A DNA stretch of 46,261 bases, taken from the IMG/VR virus record IMGVR_UViG_3300008807_000161, positions 1 to 46,261 of that record; one strand, written 5' to 3'. Within the stretch, counting starts at the first letter, position 1. Every line of letters begins with the position of its first letter. This document shows positions 29,031-36,390 of this stretch, in pieces. Below the pieces are notes generated by a model. The model did not search any database, was not told the DNA's origin, and saw nothing but the letters and a program-made list of their open reading frames with translations. The translations under genes and the position numbers were made by a program. This stretch comes from a virus.

Positions 29031-29276
29031 GTGAGTGATAAGCTGCTGAACGACAGGCTAAACGTGACGCCAAGCGAAAGAGTTGCTATTGTGACGCTGG
29101 CACTTGCACAGGGCAAGGAACTGGAACCAGAGCAGGTTGCCGAAATGACAGAGTGCGATCTGTCTACCGCTTATCGTGTGCTGCAACGCATATCCCGTGT
29201 CATTCCGCTTTATGGAGATGAGGCCACGGGGCGTTGGTCGCTGGTGCGAGACAGCTTGAACTTTGTTGTCGAGTAA
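29031..29276 (+). CDS. Small winged-helix/HTH-like protein inside the head module.
   Basis: GTG start. Segment is EQVAEMTECDLSTAYRVLQRISR. It is followed by a strong terminator. Confidence 0.5.
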   Translation: MSDKLLNDRLNVTPSERVAIVTLALAQGKELEPEQVAEMTECDLSTAYRVLQRISRVIPLYGDEATGRWSLVRDSLNFVVE

Positions 29277-29310
29277 TTCGCACGTAGTGCGAAAAGAATC
29301 TGCTAGGTTG

Positions 29311-29345
29311 GGGGTAGGGCATTGCGCTCTACTCCCTTTTTATTT
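29311..29345 (+). terminator. Intrinsic terminator inside the late operon.
   Basis: GGGGTAGGGC, loop ATTGC, GCGCTCTACTCCC (10 pairs, one bulge), followed by TTTTTATTT. Confidence 0.65.
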
Positions 29346-29359
29346 CAAGCGAGGTCAGC

Positions 29360-30691
29360 ATGGCGGGTCGAAAATTCAGCAAGGCGAACGAAACCAAGCT
29401 CCGCGCGGCCCTTGAGTCGATTACCGCACTCTTGGATCAGTTGGAGGGCGATGGCGAATCCGACAGCGACGAAGCGAAGGAAGCGCGCCGCGTTCTGACT
29501 GAGGCCGCCAACCTGGGCAATTGGTTGGAGAGCCGGATTCACCTGTCATTCACGGAGATCGCCGATATGCTCTTTGGCGATGGTCGGCTGAACCGCGAAG
29601 AGCGGATTGCCCTATCGTCTGCTATCGGCGAGGCGTTGAAAGCGTTTAACGCTGCCATTGCCAACAACATGCCAGGTCTTTATGAGCGCGAACCGTGGCG
29701 GGAAGCCCCTGAGCCAACCACGGTTAGCGAGGCGGCAATCGGCGATGAATTTATTCCGCTGGTCGAGAAGGCGGTGCGGCGCGATGGCACGATTCCGATC
29801 AAGATTATTGCGCCGGGTTGGGGATCGTCGGGTTATTACCCCAAGGAGGTCTTGGAGCGTGACGGGCCGTTGGTCTTTGCCAAGTCAACCAAGATGTATT
29901 GGAACCATCCGACTGCCCAAGAAGAGGCGATGCGTCCAGAGGGTGACTTGAACGCACTCGCCGCCGAGCTTGTGACCGATGCCCGCTTTGCCGATGGCCC
30001 TGCGGGGCCAGGGCTGTATGCCGATGCCAAAGTCTTTGAGGGGTATCAAGGCGCGGTGAATGACATGGCAAAGCACATTGGCGTGAGCATCCGTGCCAGC
30101 GGACGCGCCGTGCAGGGGGAAGCGGAGGGGCGCAAGGGGCCAATTGTGCAGGCATTAACCGCCGCTCGGTCAGTTGATTTTGTGACTGAGCCGGGGGCGG
30201 GCGGAAAGATTTTGGATATGTTCGAGGCGGCGCGGCCGCAAATGGCAACCGTTCATAGGGAGGATGGCGTGGACGAAAAGAAATTCACTGAGGCACTCGC
30301 CTCACGAGACCAAGAGATTGCGCGGCTGCGGGAATCGATGTTGTTGCGCGACGCCAAAGACTTTGTGCGTCAGGCTGTCGCCACGGCGAATGTGCCGGAT
30401 GTCACCAAGCAACGGCTGGTCGAGAGCCTGAGCATCAATCCGCCGGTCAAGGATGGTCAGATCGACAGCGATGCCTATGCCACCCGCATTGCGGAGGCGA
30501 TCAAGGCCGAAGTCGACTATCTGACCAAGGCCGCGGGGTATGGGTCAGGACGGATTGAGGGCATGGGCGGGCAAGCGCAGTCTGTCGAGTATAAGCCCGA
30601 AGAGGTGCAGGCCAAGATGACCGAAGCCTTTCAGCGGCTTGGCCTGAACGAAGCTGCCGCAAAGTCCGCTGCCATTGGCCGCGGTTGGTAA
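29360..30691 (+). CDS. Prohead protease / scaffold fusion candidate.
   Basis: KIIAPGWGSSGYYPKEVL...KMYWNHPT...HIGVSIRASG resembles the HK97-type prohead protease pattern. The C-terminal half is coiled coil. It lies between portal and capsid genes. Confidence 0.55.
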   Translation: MAGRKFSKANETKLRAALESITALLDQLEGDGESDSDEAKEARRVLTEAANLGNWLESRIHLSFTEIADMLFGDGRLNREERIALSSAIGEALKAFNAAIANNMPGLYEREPWREAPEPTTVSEAAIGDEFIPLVEKAVRRDGTIPIKIIAPGWGSSGYYPKEVLERDGPLVFAKSTKMYWNHPTAQEEAMRPEGDLNALAAELVTDARFADGPAGPGLYADAKVFEGYQGAVNDMAKHIGVSIRASGRAVQGEAEGRKGPIVQALTAARSVDFVTEPGAGGKILDMFEAARPQMATVHREDGVDEKKFTEALASRDQEIARLRESMLLRDAKDFVRQAVATANVPDVTKQRLVESLSINPPVKDGQIDSDAYATRIAEAIKAEVDYLTKAAGYGSGRIEGMGGQAQSVEYKPEEVQAKMTEAFQRLGLNEAAAKSAAIGRGW

Positions 30692-30703
30692 GAGGAGGAT
30701 GAG

Positions 30704-31072
30704 ATGGCAACAAATCTGCACATGAACGATGGCCGCTATTTGACTGGGGCGGCGACTGCGCCCACTACGCCAACGAGCGGTGGCCCTGTGTTGTTGGGGC
30801 AAATTCCTGGTGTGGCGGTGACGCTGGAAGGCGAGGGCGGCAACGCTTCGGGGGAATGCACGATTGACACCGGCGGGGTGTACAACCTCTCGGTGAAAGG
30901 CGAAAACGCCGGGGGTAACTCGGCGGTCGCTATCGGGGATATTATCTATTATGAGGCGGGGCAGACGCCGCCGCTCAACAAGGATGCCACGAATGGCGTC
31001 CGCTTTGGCTATGCGCTCGGCACAGTGGGCAGCGGTCAAACTGCCACCATTCCAGTCAAGATTGGGTACTAA
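30704..31072 (+). CDS. DUF2190-like head decoration protein.
   Basis: 122 aa, Gly-rich beta protein (GDIIYYEAG...GYALGTVGSGQTATIPVKIG), immediately upstream of the capsid gene. Confidence 0.6.
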   Translation: MATNLHMNDGRYLTGAATAPTTPTSGGPVLLGQIPGVAVTLEGEGGNASGECTIDTGGVYNLSVKGENAGGNSAVAIGDIIYYEAGQTPPLNKDATNGVRFGYALGTVGSGQTATIPVKIGY

Positions 31073-31075
31073 ATC

Positions 31076-32272
31076 ATGGCGAACGAGATCACTTTTGAAC
31101 CCATTGAGGAAGGCGCGCTGAATGGCTTCGAGCAACGGCGTCGCCAGTTCCGTGAAGCGCAGGTTGCCAGCGCGGTGACGTTTGTCGCCGATCTACTGAC
31201 GGGCCGCGTCCCCTCCTACTATTTGCAGGAGGCGTTGACCTGTCGCACGCCCGCGCTGGTGCGTTCGATTATGGGCAACTATCCTGGCATCATCCGCGTC
31301 AGCGAGGCCATGACGACCTCCGATTTCCCCAACCTGACCGGCGATGTTTTGGATCGCATGATGCTGGCGCGCTATCGCGAGTACCCCTCGCCTTGGCGTC
31401 GCTTCATGAAGGTGAACAACAATCTGCGCGATTTCCGCACGGTGAGCCGCTTCCAGGTGGATGGGCTGGAGGGGCAATGGTCGGCTGTGCCGGAACAGGC
31501 CGAGATCACCTATGGCTCGTTGTCGGAAACGGAATACACCTATGCGCCCAAGAAATATGCGAAGGGAGCCAAGATCAGCTTTGAGGCCATTATGAATGAT
31601 GACCTCGGCGCGTTCGAGGATATTCCCAACCGCCTCGGTTTGGGGGGCGCGCGCACCATTGCCAAGTTCGCCACGCAACTTTATGTCGATGCTAACGGGC
31701 CACATGCCAGCCTTTACACCGGGGGTAACGGCAACATCGTAACCGGCAATCCGGCGTTGTCGATCACGGCCCTCAACACGGCGTGGGGGATTCTTGCCAA
31801 CATGCGCGATGCTGATGGCGAGCCGATTGTTGTCGAATCCATGATCTTGGTCGTGCCGCCCGCGCTGGAAATTACGGCGCGCAACATCGTCAACGCTACG
31901 CAGATTCTTATGACCAACACCGGCGGGGCCAGTGGGCAGGAGATGGCCGTCAACAACTGGTTTGGCAGCCGCTTCGACGTGGTGGTTGACCCCTATATTC
32001 CCATTGTGGCGAGTGTGGCGGACGGCAATACCTCATGGTATTTGTTCGCCAATCCGAGCATCGGCGCGGCGTTGGAGATGGGCTTTGTGCGTGGCTTTGC
32101 CGAGCCGCAGCTTTATCAGCGGACTGCCAATACCTCGCGTGTGGGTGGGGGCATTGACCAGATGGCCGGTGACTTCCAGACTATGAGTCAGGAGTACAAG
32201 GGCGTTGTGGCCTTTGGCGGGACGCGCCTGAATCCCAAGTTTACGGTGGCGAGCGAAGGGGATGGCAGCTAA
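31076..32272 (+). CDS. Major capsid protein (called from position and size).
   Basis: 398 aa, following the protease/scaffold and decoration genes. Confidence 0.7.
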   Translation: MANEITFEPIEEGALNGFEQRRRQFREAQVASAVTFVADLLTGRVPSYYLQEALTCRTPALVRSIMGNYPGIIRVSEAMTTSDFPNLTGDVLDRMMLARYREYPSPWRRFMKVNNNLRDFRTVSRFQVDGLEGQWSAVPEQAEITYGSLSETEYTYAPKKYAKGAKISFEAIMNDDLGAFEDIPNRLGLGGARTIAKFATQLYVDANGPHASLYTGGNGNIVTGNPALSITALNTAWGILANMRDADGEPIVVESMILVVPPALEITARNIVNATQILMTNTGGASGQEMAVNNWFGSRFDVVVDPYIPIVASVADGNTSWYLFANPSIGAALEMGFVRGFAEPQLYQRTANTSRVGGGIDQMAGDFQTMSQEYKGVVAFGGTRLNPKFTVASEGDGS

Positions 32273-32520
32273 TGTCGCAAGACAAGCTCCCTGTCCCTGC
32301 TACTAGCGGAGAGATTTTTCAGTATGCGACGGTGGTGGAACTGCGTCGCCTCAATGATAATCTTGCTGCTCTCACGGCGACGATTCAGGCGGCGGTGATG
32401 CCGGAAAAGGTCGAACAACGAGGCGCGGATGAGGTGACGCTAAAGGAACCCGCCGAGCCTGTTGGCAAAAGGCGGGCGGCAAAGCAATCGCCGATTGAGG
32501 AATTACCTACTCAGGGGTAG
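32272..32520 (+). CDS. Hypothetical head-associated protein (82 aa).
   Basis: ATG overlaps the capsid gene stop. Confidence 0.5.
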   Translation: MSQDKLPVPATSGEIFQYATVVELRRLNDNLAALTATIQAAVMPEKVEQRGADEVTLKEPAEPVGKRRAAKQSPIEELPTQG

Positions 32521-32523
32521 TGA

Positions 32524-32931
32524 ATGACCCTAACGAGCGCAGACTTTATTTATCCAACGGGGGAGATTCAGGCGAGCTTCTTCCCCAAAGAGACCCTTGC
32601 CACCTTGATTGACGCTTGGATTGACCAAGCGGAAACGAAGGTGGCAAGCATAGCCGCTGCTGACCAAGATACAGCGGCGGCTTTTTGGGTGTATTACCGT
32701 GCCTATAGTGCGATTGCCATGAGAATTGGGGCCAATCCAAGCCGGATGACCTTTGGTGGCAATAGCGGCGGCGGGGTGGAAAGCTCGGTGGACTGGGGAC
32801 AGAACAAGTCCGACTATTGGGCGAATTTGGCGCAAGCGGCGTTGGACAATTTCCATTACTACGTCCCTGCTGTGCCGCCGGTGGATGAGACGCCTGCTTT
32901 TGACTTCTATTTTGATGAGCTTGAGGTGTAG
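32524..32931 (+). CDS. Head-tail connector/adaptor candidate.
   Basis: 135 aa. Called from position only. Confidence 0.5.
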   Translation: MTLTSADFIYPTGEIQASFFPKETLATLIDAWIDQAETKVASIAAADQDTAAAFWVYYRAYSAIAMRIGANPSRMTFGGNSGGGVESSVDWGQNKSDYWANLAQAALDNFHYYVPAVPPVDETPAFDFYFDELEV

Positions 32932-32933
32932 CT

Positions 32934-33428
32934 GTGGGCGAATCACTGTGGCATGACCTGGACGCCTGGCAGGTCGGCATAATCAACACCGCGATGGGGC
33001 CAGCCTCGGCTTATACCACACTCAAGCTGCAACGCGTGGGGACGGCGTTGGTGTGGGACTGGAAAGAGTGGGTGGATTGGGCGAAGCCCGCGGTGGCGGT
33101 GATGAGCTTTGCTCAGGAGCGCGACGCCGGGCCACAGGGTGACGGTCAAGCTAACTTCATTAAGCTCTATCCGACGGCTTGGGTGGCGTTGGTGGAAGGC
33201 ACGCAAGCGGATGCGACACGCGATGCCAAGATTCTGGTCAAGCGTATGGAGCAGGTGCTACGGGGTCTGTATCAGGGGTTGACGCTGGCGGCGGATAGCA
33301 ATGGCGAGCGGTTGATTAACCTGCGCGTGGGGCGCAGTGAATTGTCGGCGGCGCGCATTCCGAACAGTAGTGACAATTATTGGATGGTCATGGCCGGAAT
33401 TGCCGTGCGCTGGGAAACGGAGACATAG
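32934..33428 (+). CDS. Head-tail joining protein candidate.
   Basis: GTG start, 164 aa. Called from position only. Confidence 0.5.
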   Translation: MGESLWHDLDAWQVGIINTAMGPASAYTTLKLQRVGTALVWDWKEWVDWAKPAVAVMSFAQERDAGPQGDGQANFIKLYPTAWVALVEGTQADATRDAKILVKRMEQVLRGLYQGLTLAADSNGERLINLRVGRSELSAARIPNSSDNYWMVMAGIAVRWETET

Positions 33429-33668
33429 ATGCAGCGGCTACGCTTTGTGAGCCAGATGGCGCAAATTACCGAGGTGACGGTGGCGGCAGTGAATGACGGC
33501 CAGCCTCTGGTCTATCACGAGACCTATACGGTGAGCAACGAAGTGGCGAAAGAGTTGCTCAAGAATGAGGGGGACTGGCGAAAGTTGTCGCCGCCCAAAG
33601 AGACGGCGGCGGACGACGAGACCGCTGAGTTGCCCGTAGCGGCAGAGACGGAGGCTAGCAATGAGTAG
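33429..33668 (+). CDS. Hypothetical structural-module protein (79 aa).
   Basis: The start is contiguous with the upstream stop. Confidence 0.5.
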   Translation: MQRLRFVSQMAQITEVTVAAVNDGQPLVYHETYTVSNEVAKELLKNEGDWRKLSPPKETAADDETAELPVAAETEASNE

Positions 33669-34668
33669 TGGGATTGTGACGCGCACGGCGGTGGCGATCC
33701 AGTCGGCAAAAGGCACGCCCGCTACCACGGGCTTTCATGTTATGCGGAATGCCCGCAGTTCAGTCCTACCGATGTTTGAGTATGAGGACGCGCTGAACGA
33801 ACACACGGGGGTGCATTCGCGCGCCAGCAGCCGTCAGAGCGTGCCAGATCGGATTGGTCAGCGATTGAACTTGGACATTAGTGGTCTGCTCTATCCCAAT
33901 GCCATCGGCACGCTGTTGACGGGGATTGGCTTGAATGCCAGCACGACCGACCAGACCACATACAAGTCGCACGCCTTCACCAAAGCCAACACCGACGCCG
34001 CCAAGTATTTGAGCGTGATGCAAAAGCTGTTGGCGGGCGGCGCGGCCTTTGAGCGTAAAGTGCAGGATGTGCGGTTGACGCAGTTGCAGCTTGCGGCGAC
34101 GAAACAGAATATCTCGATCTCGGCTCAGGGACTTGGGATTGATGAGGCCAACAGCGCGGGGACAGAGACGGTCGCCAGCGAAACAAACGAGCGCATTATC
34201 TCGCCCACCGGCTCATTGAGTTTTGGGTCGCTGGCCTTGGGCAATCCGCGCAGCCATACAATTACGATAACGCGCCCGGTTGATGAGGATGACCAGAAGC
34301 AGCATGGCTTTTTGCGGGCGGACTTGCCGGAAACGGGCTTTGCTGTTGATGGCGAGATGATGGAGCTTGACCTGTCCCTGAGCCTGTATAACAAGCTCAA
34401 CCGCGGCGGGGCCGGTGGCACGGCCCTGAGCAGCGTGGCTGTGACTGATTCGTTGACGGTCAAGTGGGAATCAGCCAGGGTCATTAGCGGCGCAATTGTG
34501 CCGTACAGCATTCAATTTGCCTTTACAAAAGCGGTTTTCCGCTTTACCAATGCGGAGGCTAATGGCGAGGGGATTGTGCGCTGCGATCTCAACTACAGCA
34601 TGATCGACGATGTGAGCGGTGCGCCGTTGACGGTGACGCTGGCAAATGGGGTAGCGGCATATAGCTAA
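33661..34668 (+). CDS. Major tail (tube) protein candidate.
   Basis: 335 aa, directly upstream of the frameshifting chaperone pair. No sheath-size gene is present. Confidence 0.6.
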   Translation: MSSGIVTRTAVAIQSAKGTPATTGFHVMRNARSSVLPMFEYEDALNEHTGVHSRASSRQSVPDRIGQRLNLDISGLLYPNAIGTLLTGIGLNASTTDQTTYKSHAFTKANTDAAKYLSVMQKLLAGGAAFERKVQDVRLTQLQLAATKQNISISAQGLGIDEANSAGTETVASETNERIISPTGSLSFGSLALGNPRSHTITITRPVDEDDQKQHGFLRADLPETGFAVDGEMMELDLSLSLYNKLNRGGAGGTALSSVAVTDSLTVKWESARVISGAIVPYSIQFAFTKAVFRFTNAEANGEGIVRCDLNYSMIDDVSGAPLTVTLANGVAAYS

Positions 34669-34669
34669 T

Positions 34670-35143
34670 ATGGAAAAAACGATTCTTTACACGCTACCCA
34701 CAGCGGCGGATGCGACGGCACACACGGTTTTGCGGTTGACTGTGGGGGTGGTCACAGCATTGGGTATAGCGCGCTATCGCCGTTTGATGCGGGAATCGAC
34801 GGTATGGATCGACGAAACTTTTGGCGAGGTTGCTGATAGCGAGGATGAGCGAACGCCCGAAGCCAGAGAAGCCAATGATGCTACATATCGTCGTTGCTAT
34901 ATGCTGGCGACGCTGAAAAGCGTGGAAGTTGGCACATGCTCACCGGAGGATGATGCGCCAAACGAGTGGAAAGCTGGGGAGTTGCCAACGGAATGGCAAA
35001 GCATTGACGGTTTCTTGAACGGCGTGCCGGGCAAGCTCTTCTCGGCGTGGGATACAGCGGCGATTGACTGCAATCCAGACACCTTTTTTATTGACCTGAG
35101 CGACGAAAAAAAAAGGCGGCCCGGCAGCGTGACCGTGATCTAG
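34670..35143 (+). CDS. Tail assembly chaperone (lambda gpG analogue), the zero-frame product.
   Basis: 157 aa, acidic. It contains an A9 slippery run 30 nt before its stop. Confidence 0.75.
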   Translation: MEKTILYTLPTAADATAHTVLRLTVGVVTALGIARYRRLMRESTVWIDETFGEVADSEDERTPEAREANDATYRRCYMLATLKSVEVGTCSPEDDAPNEWKAGELPTEWQSIDGFLNGVPGKLFSAWDTAAIDCNPDTFFIDLSDEKKRRPGSVTVI

Positions 35144-35472
35144 TCAGAGAATTATTTGATTCGCTGGCCGAGAGCGAGGATGACGAGGATGATGATGCGG
35201 TCGACCTCTCGGAAGAGGCGATGCGGCGGGCGGCGGCGCAAGGATTGGTTCGGTCGGAGTCGCTAGAACTGTATTTGATGTGGCGGGCGCTGGGCGGCAT
35301 GAACCAGGGCATCAGCTTGACGGAGATGTTGACGGTTGACGGGGCCATTATTGCGGATTTTGTATGGCTCTCGACGCAGCAGCATAAAGCGAGGAAGCGT
35401 AAGAAGCGACGCGACAAGGCAGCAAAGGAGATGGGCGGTGCTAAAACTGGTCGTCACCGACGCCGGCGTTAA
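34670..35472 (+). CDS. Tail assembly chaperone -1 frameshift fusion product (gpGT analogue), join(34670..35113,35113..35472), about 267 aa.
   Basis: The -1 frame has no stop between the slip site and 35472 and includes the listed ORF 35221..35472. Confidence 0.65.
35107..35113 (+). promoter_or_regulatory. Programmed -1 frameshift slippery heptamer A AAA AAA.
   Basis: The A9 run is at 35106..35114. The zero frame reads GAA AAA AAA AGG. The -1 frame is open from 35113 (AAG GCG GCC...) to 35472. Confidence 0.7.
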
Positions 35473-35935
35473 GCAGATGCGCGACTTCGAGCGCACGATG
35501 AATCGGCTGGTACAGCGTCTCAGCGACAATGATAAGCGCGAGATTCGGCAAAGCATCGCCGATGGTTTTGGGCGCAACTTTGATGAGCAGCGGGCAGGGA
35601 GCGGAGCAGGTTGGGCCGCGCTGCGACCGGCGACGATGGCGGATCGGTTACTACAAGGCTTTCCCCCGGCTAGACCGATTTTGCAGCGCACGGGCGACTA
35701 TCGACGGACACTCGAAGAGCTTGACGACCCAGACCACTACTCGCTGGCGCGCGCAACGGACACCACATTGATTTTGGAAGAGGCGTCGAACTCACCGCTA
35801 TATGGCATTCACGAAGGCGGGACGCCCAACATGGCAGCGCGTCCTGCTGGGGAATTGGGGGCTGAGGCAGAGCGGTTGCTGGGGCAGACGGTGGATCGGT
35901 TGGTGACCAGTCTTTTGGATCGCAGCGGCCTCTAG
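35438..35935 (+). CDS. Virion morphogenesis / tail completion-like protein.
   Basis: GTG 35438 follows AAGGAG. The segment GFGRNFDEQRAGSGAGWAALRPATMADRLLQGFPPARPILQRTGDYRRTL resembles Mu gpG / HK97 gp10-type morphogenesis proteins. Confidence 0.55.
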   Translation: MLKLVVTDAGVKQMRDFERTMNRLVQRLSDNDKREIRQSIADGFGRNFDEQRAGSGAGWAALRPATMADRLLQGFPPARPILQRTGDYRRTLEELDDPDHYSLARATDTTLILEEASNSPLYGIHEGGTPNMAARPAGELGAEAERLLGQTVDRLVTSLLDRSGL

Positions 35936-35941
35936 GTGACG

Positions 35942-36322
35942 TTACCGCGTTTGGTCTACTTCGACATACCCACTGATCTCCCCGCATTTCACTTTGTAAT
36001 AAGAAATTGCTGTGTTGCCCTCGCCGAGCATGTAGATGTTGTGGTCGGCTTTATCGCAAATGGTGCCACCTACCACGTCGGTGTATTTTGCGTCGGGACC
36101 GTCCACCAAATCAGCCCAGATATGTACCATGCCGTTGTTCCAAGACTTTGGGGCGAGGATGACTTGGTTGCCGCTGCGAAGGATAGGAGTGGATTCACGG
36201 GTTGGTGTGGCAATGGCGGGGCGTGCGCTGCCAGGCAACTCGAAGCCGGTCAAAGCAACAAGGGCCACAATCCCTAGCAGTACGAGAGTAATGGCACCAG
36301 ACAACAGCAAGCGGTTTCGCAT
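35942..36322 (-). CDS. Reverse-strand moron: signal-anchored small protein, possibly an SH3-like beta-barrel.
   Basis: MRNRLLLSGAITLVLLGIVALVALTGF..., with the SD GGAG upstream. It ends ...YYKVKCGEISGYVEVDQTR. The region has lower GC and is the only minus-strand gene in the late block. Confidence 0.6.
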   Translation of the reverse strand: MRNRLLLSGAITLVLLGIVALVALTGFELPGSARPAIATPTRESTPILRSGNQVILAPKSWNNGMVHIWADLVDGPDAKYTDVVGGTICDKADHNIYMLGEGNTAISYYKVKCGEISGYVEVDQTR

Positions 36323-36390
36323 TTGGGGGACTCCAATCAGGATGACTTATGGCGTCTTGATGAGCGCAGAATATCACAGCGGGGCGAACG

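Noticed and set aside
29279-29298. A seventh repressor operator, suggested by the GAAAAG half-site in GTGCGAAAAGAAT.
   Set aside because: The left arm (CGCACGTA) does not match ATCTTTTC. The GAAAAG is part of a different local hairpin (TTCGCAC/GTGCGAA). A single 6-mer half-site is expected by chance.
35936-36277. The plus-strand ORF (113 aa) as the real gene in the chaperone / tape-measure gap.
   Set aside because: It has no SD and an odd composition (Cys/Val/His-rich). The opposite-strand ORF has an SD, a clean signal anchor and a plausible globular sequence. This remains a judgement call and is flagged for testing.
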